From: Eledone cirrhosa
Lineage: Eukaryota
DNA length: 64,000 nt
Assembly: GCA_964016885.1 (NCBI GenBank)
Contig: OZ024741.1
Location: forward strand, 112,778,001 to 112,842,000
Reading direction: 5' to 3'
The translations under genes were made by a program, and so were the position numbers. Each line of letters opens with the position of its first letter. Positions within the stretch are counted from its first letter, which is position 1. The notes beneath the pieces were generated by a model. The model saw only the letters and a list, made by a program, of their open reading frames with translations, was not told the DNA's origin and ran no database searches. Positions 52,903 through 64,000 of this stretch are shown in pieces.

Positions 52903-53265
52903 GGTAGAGGGTCTGACACCATGCTTTGCAGCAAAGAGTTACGGCCCTTTATGGTCTGAGTTCAAATTCCACCGAGGTTCACTTTGCCTTTCATCCTTAT
53001 GGGATCGATAAAATAAAGTACCAGTAATGTACTGGAGTAATTGCTGGCCTTGTGCCAATAGTAGAAACAATTATTATTTATGGCAGTATTGGTAGAGGAT
53101 TTGACACCATGCTTTGCAGCAAAGAGTTACAGCCCTTTATGGTCTGAGTTCAAATCCCGCCGAGGTTAACTTTGCCTTTCATCCTTATGGGATCAATAAA
53201 ATAAAGTACCAGTAATGTACTGGGTAATTACTGGCCTAGTGCCAAAAGTAGAAACAATTATTATT
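52903..53265 (+). mobile_element. Tandem dimer of Nin-type SINE
   Basis: Two ~180-bp near-identical units (52903-53078, 53082-53265). Confidence 0.9.
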
Positions 53266-53385
53266 TAATGTTTGCTAGCAGGGCACACATATATATCATG
53301 AAAAGAAAATCTTTTGGGGGAAATTATTGGATTTTTCCAAATTTAGAGGTTTCTTAGGAACTTTCAATATTTATTTTAGGTTTTG

Positions 53386-53443
53386 CCATCTGAAGAGCTC
53401 AGGCAATCAAGACCGACAGTCCTCAGTGAAATATGTATAATGG
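53386..53443 (+). ncRNA. Type-I hammerhead ribozyme in a PLE-type terminus
   Basis: CCAT-CTGAAGA-GCTCAGG(17 nt)CCTCAGT-GAAA-TATGTA-TA-ATGG: perfect 4-bp stem I, intact core, near-palindromic stem III; AATAAA at 53451, then (TA)n. Confidence 0.75.
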
Positions 53444-54046
53444 AGTTTTAAATAAACCTGAATCAACTCTGATCTTTTATTAATATATATATGCATACAT
53501 ATATATATATATATATGTGTTTGTGTGTGTGTTTGTATGTGTATATATATATATAAATAATAGAGATCTACATAGTTTTCTATATCAACTGCATATGAAT
53601 GTTGAAACTATGTGCTTGCGAAACAAAATCTTTAGACACACAACCATGTCCGCTGTGCCATTCACATGTTATAGAAAACAATTCATACTACTGAGAAAGC
53701 ATATATTCATAATTATGATCTAGCTTCATATGAAAATGTATTCATGTTTCAGTATGTTCTTTTTGTTTGGTTAAACATAAAAATCCTGTTTGAAAAGGGA
53801 AACTGTAATAAAATTATGACCCTCCCCAACTCACTCTCCTATATAACATGAAAGCTTTTTAGCTGGTGATGATGAGTTCTCTAGTGATTTCAATGATGAG
53901 CATGAAGTTCAATCAACTGTGTATCTGATTCTAGAATTAACATGTAAATGGTTGTATACTCCACAGACATGCGTACTCTAAATATAGGTACCAAATTGAA
54001 TCAGTGACACAATATATGACATAGCTGGACATTTGAATTACAGATA

Positions 54047-54377
54047 GGAGGCACATGGCTTAGTGGTTAGAGCATTGGCAATCGAAAGGTTGTGAGTTCA
54101 ATTCTCAGAGCGGGTGATGTGTTGTTTCCTTGAGCAAGACACTTTATTTCACATTGCTCCAGTTTACTCAGCTGTAGAAATGAGATGATAGGGACTGGGG
54201 TCTATATCATTCCACTGCAAAGTGGTCGTGCAGTTGCCACGGCAAAAAAGCACCCAGCACTCACTGTAAATGAGGTTGGTGTTAGGAAGGACATCCAGCT
54301 GTAGAAATCAAGCCAGAATCAGTTCCCGTCCCACCCTTGCAAGCAGGGAAAAAGCGGACGTAAAATGAAATGAAATG

Positions 54378-54428
<51 letters not shown>

Positions 54429-54605
54429 TCTTATTTTATTTTATATTCCTCACTGTAAATGAGGCATCCAGCTGTAGAAATCAAGCCAAATCAGTTCCTG
54501 TATGAGCATGGTCAGTTGACCAGACACTGCCCACAACAGGACAACCCGTCTAACCCATGCTAGCGTGGAAGAACGGACGTAAAACGGTGATGATGATGAT
54601 GATAC
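54047..54605 (+). mobile_element. tRNA-derived SINE with RTE-type tail, interrupted by an RTE-B 3' end and (TA)n
   Basis: Head GGCACATGGCTTAGTGGTTAGAGC..GAGTTCAATTC; TAGGAAGGACATCCAGC; tail CCCATGCTAGCGTGGAAGAACGGACGTAAAACGG(TGA)n; insert at 54326-54380. Confidence 0.8.
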
Positions 54606-56348
54606 AATCTATGTGATGAGTTTCCACACAGTTTCTGTTTTCGAAGATGCAGGAACATAGCATGCCAATTTTAAATCCATTGATCCTGTTAAAGCAAAGG
54701 TTAGCCTTGTGGGCCCCATGACGTGTTTTATACACACCATGAGGTTCCTTTTGAGGCAATGATTTATAGTTAGATGTTAATCCTATTACCAATGATTTTA
54801 GTCACCATACAGGGCTATGGTGTTCCTATTTCAAGCTCATTTCCCCTGTTAAAGTAGGTGTTAGTCTTGTGCTCCCCACAACAAATTCATACTCATTATA
54901 CTAGTAATGTACTGGTTAATTGCTGGCCTTGTGCCAAAGGTATAAACAATTATATAGTCATTTTTGACAACTGGATGCTCTTCTTAGTACGATTTCTTTT
55001 AGTAACATCTGACAACATATAGGGATATGATGCATGTATTCTAAACCAGATATACACAAAAACAACAACAAATAAATAAAATAGATAAAAAATAAATGAA
55101 TAAATAAATAAATGAGTAAAGACATAACTTTATCTAAGTTTCTTTTGAATAGAATATTTGTTGTAAGTGTCTAAGGATTGTGTTGGCTGACATTAAAGGA
55201 TACAGAAAAAAGGAATTTGCATTGCAGCGAGAGAAAGAAGTTATCAATGAAGAAAGTCTTCGGTACTTATTTTGTAGGTTTAAACGTTGCTTTTGATAAA
55301 AGAATCCATTTGCTTTTAGATAAACAGCTGTGTGTATATACTTTTTTCCTTTGGAAAACAAACGATTATATACAAATGTATGTGTATATGTGTATACATC
55401 TGTGTGATAGAGATAGAATATGTAAGAGAGAGTGTGTGTCCGTTTGTGTTTTTGTGTGAGTGTGAGTGCATAGATATGTGAGTGTGTGTGAATGTTGAAA
55501 GGGAGTGTTGTTTGTATCAATGAAATTTCAAATTGAGAATACAGTATACATAAATTTAGTTCTGAAGCCACTATACATAGCTGTAAACAGAATTATATAA
55601 TGCCATGAGCCATCTGTATACTGAGTAAGGAAAGCAGACATTCTAAAGTTTTAATCTACCAAATACACCAGTGTGTATGGACCTATAAACCCTAGTGGTG
55701 TCATAGGGATACTGTCATGACATATGGCAGAGCCCATCCCTCTTCAGATCTGGCCACAGCTGATTTCTTCCTGAGAAGGAGAGAGAGGGAGATAAAGGAA
55801 AAATTGACCCCAGTATTGGACTGGTACTTTTCTCATTGACCTCAAAAGGATGAAAGGCAAAGTTGCATTCGGTGAGACAGAACGAATGCCACAAAATACT
55901 TTTTCTAACGTTCTAATGATTCTACCAAATCATTGCTTTATAATACACCAGTACAATGAACCAAAACTCTACGACATCAATACTTTCCAAGATAAATCAT
56001 AAATCATGTTAATGATATTCAACTGACAGCCAATAAAATGAAAAAGAAATAAAATAAAACAATGAAGTTAGTTTTAAAATGTTCCAGGCATGGCTCTGAG
56101 GTTAAAGAGTTAATTTTACAGCCATGGTATTTCATGTTCAGTACCACTTCGTGACATCTTGAGCAAGTATCTTCTACTAAAGACTTGGGTTGACCAATAC
56201 CAGGTGAAATTTGGAAGACAAAAGCTGTGTGGAAGACCATCAAACATATATACACTATAGTGTATGTGATTCAGTGAATTATTGCTGGTGGTACCAATAT
56301 GACGGTTCAATGCACAGGCAGAGTGTGTATATATATATATATATATAT

Positions 56349-56527
56349 AACGAAGGAAATGTGGTAAGGAACCAGGTGGACCATAACGCACCAAAGTACT
56401 CAATACTTGAGGTAGTAGAGTGGGTAATAGGAACCAGTAAGACCCCGACAGCTGAGCTCAAGCCGTTTCGACGAATTAGCCGTCGAAACGGCTTGAGCTC
56501 AGCTGTCGGGGTCTTACTGGTTCCTAT
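56349..56527. mobile_element. PLE-type terminus in (TA)n with a perfect 47-bp inverted duplication
   Basis: Arms 56427-56473 and 56481-56527, loop AATTAGC; each arm contains GAAAC-GGCT(TGAGCTC)AGCT-GTC. Confidence 0.75.
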
Positions 56528-56899
56528 ATATATATATATATATAAGTGGTTGTTAAAGTCTGTCTGCTTGTAAAGTTTAGAAAATAGTGTTTTCTTTGAC
56601 AGCTACTACAATGGATGACAATTATTAAAAACATATAATTATAACAATGATGTTGGTAGGTGGTGTTCAGACTGGTGTATATGTTTGACAGACACACATT
56701 CACATTAAAATACTATACTCTTTCCAACTTGTTTATAGATGTTTCTGTTTAATATAAAATTACATTGTTATTTCAGCTTAAAGCTGAGAATGTTTATATC
56801 ATTTTAATTTAAATTGATCCTAGAATCCCTTCATTCAGAATGAGTTGGCCACTTTACCAAATTTCAAGTTCATCTGTCTCTGATTTGAACCAAATATTG

Positions 56900-57200
56900 T
56901 GAGAGAACAATAAAATTGTCCAGAAAAAAAATGTTGCTGTTATTTATAGGTCATTACATTTCAGGATAAAATCCCTTTATCAAAAGTTTGATAAGAATAC
57001 TGATAGTTTCAGAATAAAAGAAGCTATACTGATAGCCAAAATGCAACCCCATATCAAAAATAGACTAGAATTCCACATTCAGTGGCTAACATAGACACAC
57101 ATAATACCACACATGATTCTATTTCAAAAATGATGATGCAACAATAGCTTACATCACATATCATATGATCCATTCACTACATTCAGTATTGAAAAAAAAA
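56900..57200 (+). mobile_element. Decayed Penelope-like GIY-YIG C-terminus
   Basis: FRIKEAILIAKMQPHIKNRLE matches the L.IKEA..I....P.LN.R.E terminal motif. Confidence 0.5.
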
Positions 57201-57487
57201 AAGTTTCAGATTTCAAAAAATGGCAGCATAAGAGTGTCAAAAATATATAGCCCTGAATTAATTTCTTCAATTAATCTTTTGATGAAGGGACTTTATTCCA
57301 CAATACATGGACTTATAAAAAATAACAAGGTAACATACCAACATACTTGTATTTTAACATTTACCATCCAATTCACGTTATGGCAGCCTTCAAACAAAAC
57401 AGTATTGTATGTATGTATATATATATATATATATAAAGCGAAGAAATACCTGTGATGGTTGGAAGATCACTGACGAGGACCACTTTA

Positions 57488-57522
<35 letters not shown>

Positions 57523-57799
57523 GTGTGTGTGTACGTATACATATCTGTGTTTATATTTACCACTTTGATGATAAAAGATCAATAATATAAGTACCTGACT
57601 TGATAAAAAGTATCAAGATTCATATGATCAACTAAATTCCTTCAAAATTGTGCTCCATCATGGATGCAGTCTAATGACTGGATCTAGTAAAAGTATAAAA
57701 TTAGAGGCATAATAGCTCCAACACAACATTTACTTTAAAAAATTGTTTCCATAATAAAAATCTGTAAAGAAAGCTCTTTAGATCCACTGTTGACTGTTT

Positions 57800-58190
57800 C
57801 AGCTTCCAACCACTATTATGCTATTAATGCCAGCTGCCTTTTATGCCTTGCTGTTCCCAAAGGCTTCCCTTTCAAGCTCAAGCCATTGGGGTTGGACTGA
57901 GGGGAGGGCAAAAGCATGATGATATCTTCCCATTCTGTGGTAGTAAGCACTTCAATTGGGATGCTACATGTTGTGACACCATCTCCAGTGGCAGTAGCAA
58001 GCTGGTGCATTCAGTGACTAACCCAGGCTTCACTGCCCAACAGGCTAAAGATCACAAGCTGTCAAAATATCAATTGCTCTCTGCTAGGTTTGTGGTTGAA
58101 CCTGTAGTAGTGGAGGCTTCTGGCATTCTTGGCCTCCAGATCATGCTCCTACTCACTGTTGCTCACTGGATTTGTAGACACATTCATGAA
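57800..58190 (+). mobile_element. Decayed CRE-like RLE endonuclease fragment
   Basis: GL.GGQKHDD.FPFCGSKHFNWDATCCDTIS...PGFTAQQAKDHKLSKYQLL..RFVVEPVVVEASGILG. Confidence 0.7.
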
Positions 58191-60914
58191 TGAGTATGTA
58201 TAAGAAGTTTGTTTTGCAATCATAAGGTCACAGGTTTGATCTAATTGCTTGGCATCTTGAGTAAGTGGCTTCAGATTAATGCAAGCTTGTGAGTAAAATT
58301 TTAGTTTGTGATTCACTACTGAAATATTTTTTCTTTTTATCACTTAACTTAAAATCATCATCATCATCATTCATCAGTTTTTAATCTGAAATGGGTGGGT
58401 GGTTTGTAACAAATCAAATCTCTGCTTAATCAGAGCTAATGTCCTCCTAGATGGACTGAGGGACCACATCTTGTTCAATATAGTATGAGTTCTTCAGTTT
58501 GATACCCTTTCTAATGCTAGCTACTTAAGAGTGTGTACTAGATGCATTTTATAATGACACCAACATTAGAGAGACATAATTTCTATGGCTACATGCCTTT
58601 ATTAAAGCTAACCGCTTTACAATTTTCACTGAGTGCATTTAATTGTTGCGCTGGCACTAGAGAAGTTGTCATATATTCCACTATACAAATATTATATCAA
58701 ATGTTTATCAATTCACAATTCATCAGAAGCACAGCTGTATCCTTTATACCTCATAAAACAGGGAAATGTCTAAGCTGATGTGACAGAATCAAAGGTTGGT
58801 GTTTAGCCCTAGGTCAAACCTGATTGACCACAGATCAGATATGTATCAAATGACTTTCTAGTCATAACCAACCCATCTTTACATGGTATCTAGGACATTC
58901 TCTAAAGTGATTTCTCTTATTTAGTTGTTATATGTGATTTGAAGGAAAGTTGGCTGTTGTTTCTAACATTTTGCGCAGTAGGTCCTTTGATAGATGATCA
59001 AAATCATAGGTGGATTACAATGGAATAGATCTCTGTTTGTTTTGACAACAAATGTTCCAGCTGTTTAATCAACAAAACAACCTGCTCATGAAATTAATGT
59101 GCAAATGATTGAGCATTCGACAGACACAAATATATATACTGAATGTAATTTGCAGGAAAATTTATTGTATCACTGCATGTGAAAAGGCTGGCCCTTTCAC
59201 AATCAGATACAATCCATCAGATATGTTTCCACACAGCTTTCTTCTACCCAATTTCACTCACAAAGCTTAGCTTGATGACATCCGACAAGCCAAGCGATGG
59301 GATTGAACCTATGTCCTTGATTGTAAAACAATCTTCATAAACATTTGATGATGCTACATCCACAAAGTCCTTTATGTATGTATGGATCCATAACATCTGG
59401 AGTTGTAGTGGTGCTGGAGTGACATACAGCATGTCTTGGGCATTTTAAACATGGCAGAGTTCAACCACTCTCCAGATACGAACACAGATGATTTTTTCCA
59501 AAGAAAAAGATGGTGAGAGATGAAGGAAGTGAGAAAGAGAATCAGAGGAAGAATCAATACAGTACTTTATTTATCGTTCTTAAAATGATGAAATGTAAAG
59601 TTGATTTTGAAAGGTTTTGAACTTAGAACACAGAGGCCGGAATGAATACTACAAAGCATTCTAGTCAACATTCCAATGATTGCCAATTCACAACCGCAAC
59701 AAAATAACAGGTAGTTGATAAATGGAAAATATGGAACTATCCCTTCATTTTACTTTATTTAAAAATTCATTAAAAATTATTTTCCAAATATATATATTTA
59801 CATAAGTAATTTAGTTTTGTTCTTCTCAATCGTTTGAATTTCTACAAAAAATTTATATTAATTTCTATGTTTACATTTCTAAAACATATTTTCAAATTCA
59901 ACATCAGTTTAAGTTGTACCTTAGTTTATTGTGGTCATTGGTTTTCATTTGATTAGAAATATTCTGGAAGACAGCTTAGGCTTAGAACATTATCTAATTC
60001 ATTTTGAGATTGTGTATGTATGTATGTGTGTATGCATGTATATGTATGTGTATGGGTGTGTATGTATTACATGTGTGTGTTAGTGTATGGGTGTATATAT
60101 ATATGTGTGTGTGTTAATGTATGGGTGTATATATGTATATATGTATATATATATGTGTGTGTGTGTTTGTCTACTTTTCTCTCATATTATTGTAGTCAGT
60201 CAAATAAATATCTATTTCCATTCTGTCTTTATGTCTGTCTCAATCTGAAATATTTTCATTTCTCTTCTAACTTCTTGAGAATATTTCTCAATCTTCTATT
60301 CCATCACTATATCACTATCCAGTGAACCTGCAATAATTCAAATTGAATATTAACCCATTTAATCCTTGCCAAGTATTTTATTCTCTCCAGTTTAATAGAA
60401 AACTATGCAATGAATCTACTTTTAACTATATGATTTAACCCTTTTGATACCAGAGTGTCTGAAACTGCTCCTGTTTTTTATGATACAAAGCTGTTCATTT
60501 TAAAGTGGTTTTACCATCCAACCCATGTTAGTATGGGGGAAACGGACATAAAAACAATGATCCTGCTACTGGTGATGTAGAAAATATCAGAAAATGGTAT
60601 GGCTGAGTGGTTAAAGATTGGCTTCACAAACACATAGTTTTTGGTTCATTATCACTACATGGCACCTTGGGAAATTGTCTTCTACTATACCCTCAATTTA
60701 GACCAGATTTGAAGTCATAAAGTAAATAGCCCCGAATAAACACTTTGGATAGATCCATATTGCTTCCTCTTTCCATAGTGCATACCAATGTCACTTCTTA
60801 TATGTGCACATGCTCAACCTTCAACATTCCCAGGAAACTGTATCAAAATGCCTCCTTTTGAAAAATTGGTGGGAACTTTCTGTCTAACCCTATATGTATA
60901 TAATATATATATAT

Positions 60915-62287
60915 CATCAAGATATTTGAGAGGGTGGTGAGATCACGAATAACCCACTTTCTGGAAAGCAACAGACTGCTGAACTCCAACCAACATGGGT
61001 TCCGTAATGGACTGCCTAATACAACTCCTGCATCACTTTGAGAGCTTGGGAGAGGGCTCCAACACTGATGTCATCTATCTTGATTTCAGCGAGGCCTTTG
61101 ACAGGGTTGATCACAAGATTCTATTGAAAAAAACTATCCAACATTGGTGTCTCTGGAAAGTTACTGCAATGGATCAAGTGTTTCCTGACAGACAAAGCCC
61201 AACATGTTGTAGTCGAAGAAGTAATTTCAAGCCCAGCCAAAATCAGTAGTGGTGTTCCGCAAGGCAATGTGTTGGGCTCAATTCTTTTCATCCTCTATAT
61301 AAATGACATTACTGGCATCATCAAGCAGAGCAACATAAGAATCTTTGCAGATGATTCCAAGCTTCAGAAGGTCATCAATGAAGTTGGTGACAGGATATGC
61401 CTTCAGTCAGACCTACTGGCTGTTATCCAATAGACAGAAAAGAACAATATGTTGCTGCGTGAGGATAAATTTGAGTTAATCTACTTTGGAAAAGAGGATG
61501 CCCAGAAAATCCCATACTCCCTTCCTTCAGGTGAAACACTCATGGCATCCAACAATATCAGAGACTTGGGAGTAATTGTGGACAACAACATAAGCTGGGC
61601 CACTCATATAAACAGCAAAATTGACATGACCCACAGAATGTGTTCCTGGATTCTCAGAACTTTCCAGTCAAGAGATATCCTCACCATTATCCTTCTATTC
61701 TCCACTTTTGCCTGCCCCCACCTTGAATACTGTTATATTCAAAGTATCATGAAAGTTGAAGCCCCTCAAAGGTGGATTACAAAAAAGATAGATGGCATGA
61801 CAGGACTTGACTATTGGGGTTGACTAGAAAAGCTCAAACTTTATTCTTTCCAACGTCACCATGAGCACTACATCATCTGCATGATGTGAAAAATATTCCG
61901 TCAGCATTTCCCAAATGATGTTGGCATCACCTTTAAGGTACACCCAAGGCTTGAGCCCCATTTTATCCGCCCACAACAAAAACGACTCGCATCTCATAAC
62001 AACAATATGGCATAATTATTTCACCTCAATTGGCCCACTCTCTTTAACATTACACCAAAACACATTAAAACAGAAACAGACCCCATAAAATTCAAGAAAT
62101 CTTTGGACAAATTCCTTCAAGAAATCCTGGATAAGCCTCCTACACATGGATATGTCTCTGTAAACAATGACTCTCTACTTGAGTGGGCCATGGTGTTTAA
62201 ATCCTGATTTGAAAGACTTCGCCAGATTTGAAAGACATGGCCTGGGCCAATACTGGCCCAAATCTATCAAAGTTATCAAAGTTAAGT

Positions 62288-62290
<3 letters not shown>
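60915..62290 (+). mobile_element. Decayed CR1-type LINE 3' part (RT domain to tail)
   Basis: KIFERVV..NQHGF..DVIYLDFSEAFDRVDHKILL..SGVPQG.VLG.ILF.LYINDI..IFADDSKL..LQSDL..RDLGV..PHLEYC; ends in an ATCAAAGTT repeat tail. Confidence 0.9.
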
Positions 62291-62319
<29 letters not shown>

Positions 62320-63307
62320 TTGAGATTGACATTCATCACTTATGCCCACATCTTCCTTGGTCTTCTTCTGTAGCTTCCTTTCAGTTGAAATTCCTGGCAT
62401 TTCTTCATCCAACAATTATCCATGTGAATCATATGTCTGTAACAGCATAGCCAGCACACAATCCACAAATTAATTTCTAAAAAAGACACAAGGTCTCAAA
62501 TTTGAGAGAGGAATATTTTCAGTCTTAGTATTATATCAGTCTTCAATACTTGATTGGTATTTTATTTTATTACTCCTTGGAAGTATGATTCACAAATTTA
62601 ATTTCAGCAGGATTTGAGCCCAGAATACAAATAACAATAACTAAATACTGTGAGATGTTTTCTGTGATGTTCCATAGAATACACCAACCACCACACACTA
62701 CTAAATCTTCTATCACATGAAGTGCAATTCATAACATGAAAAATTAAAAAAATTAAAATAACAGGTAAACAAACTGTTATTTGCAAATTGTGATAACTGT
62801 ATCAAATTGCTAGCTACTAACAACACCTTTCAACCAACATCAATGTTCATTCTGATCTAATTTATTTATTGATTTCTCACTTCTCTTTTGATCTATATTT
62901 TTTTATATATATATATTTTATTTTATTTATTTTTTTTAGCTGCTATACAGTTAGAATATATTGTCCATTTTTCCTTAATGTACTTAACGTCAGTTATTAT
63001 TTCTGAGTTGCACTTTAATGGCAAAAGTTAGAATAAAACAGAAACAAAAAACTAAAAAAAATCCAATATTTGAAAGCAAAGACCAATCAGTTACTAATAT
63101 GTACTGTGTGTTTGTATTTTTAGTCATTCTCTGTATGATTTTGTAAATATATTTTTATATTTATAAACTTGTACGAACAAATTTATCTGAATTTGTCTGT
63201 CTTTCTCTCAGCATATACATACACCACATCTTCTTATGCTCTTTTTAGTGGTTTCAGTTATTAGACTGCGACCATGATGGGACATCTACTTGAAATGTTG
63301 TAGTCAA

Positions 63308-63500
63308 TAATTGTCTCTACTTTTGGCACAAGGCCAGCAATTATCCCAGTGCATTACTGGTACTTTATTTTATCGACCCCGAAAGGATGAAAGGCAAAGT
63401 TAACCTCGGCGGGATTTGAACTCAGACCATAAAGGGCTGTAACTTTATACTGCTAAGTATGCCGTCTTATCCTTTATCGATACTACTAACCCACCGCCCT
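63308..63500 (-). mobile_element. Young Nin-type SINE
   Basis: Close reverse-complement match to 38736-38925. Confidence 0.9.
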
Positions 63501-63908
63501 AATGGTGTAGTCAATAATATCAATATATTTTCAGGTTTGATGCTTATTTCATCAATCTCCCTTTGTTTAACTGCTAAGTTACAGGGCATAAACACAAACA
63601 CAGACATGCACACACACAGATATATACATATATATGTGTGTGTATATATCTATGAATATATACCTATATGTATGTGTATATATATATCTATACCTATATG
63701 TATATATGTATACATATTCACACACATCTTTCACTACATAAACTTATATTTATGCACACGCATACAAACATTCATGCACACGCATACAAACATTCATGCA
63801 TACACATGTATATATATCATGCATATATCATACATTTCACAACGTGCAAGTTTGAAATTTTAACGTCTTTTCATTTCATTTGACTTAAATCTGCTTCCAT
63901 ACAAGCAG

Positions 63909-63991
63909 GTTTATCCAATCGATTTTTAAGTCTCTCCATTGATAATGGGTTTTTAAACCCCAAAATATTTGGGATCGTTAAATTTGGTAAG
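63909..63991 (+). other. Candidate exon
   Basis: Pyrimidine-rich ...CTTCCATACAAGCAG|, tandem donors TTG|GTAAG|GTAAGA; frame LSNRFLSLSIDNGFLNPKIFGIVKF is open. Confidence 0.25.
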
Positions 63992-64000
63992 GTAAGATTC

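Noticed and set aside
54047-54120. tRNA-like sequences here and at 4348, 38736, 49840-49915
   Set aside because: A/B boxes run into SINE bodies without a complete cloverleaf; SINE heads, not tRNA genes.

Overview
AT-rich, repeat-saturated eukaryotic DNA, intergenic or intronic. The very long (TA)n/(CA)n tracts and the SINE/RTE repertoire suggest a coleoid cephalopod such as Octopus (inference). No host protein-coding gene can be confidently called; there are only three weak exon candidates. Almost all ORF-track entries are microsatellite or antisense artefacts. The real coding content is transposon-derived: a pogo/Tigger transposase, two young 5'-truncated RTE LINEs with uninterrupted RT ORFs carrying a PHD-type finger, and a Penelope-like (PLE) RT/GIY-YIG remnant. 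There are also decayed CR1, R4/Dong, HERO-like, CRE-like and BEL/Pao remnants, a non-autonomous Helitron, MITEs and many tRNA-derived SINEs. The most interesting structure is a set of at least six complete or near-complete type-I hammerhead ribozyme motifs plus half-motifs in PLE-type termini. Several sit inside long inverted repeats; in one case the axis of a perfect palindrome coincides exactly with the ribozyme stem-II loop, suggesting fold-back synthesis primed by the ribozyme hairpin. All family assignments are from motif recognition by eye, not database searches.
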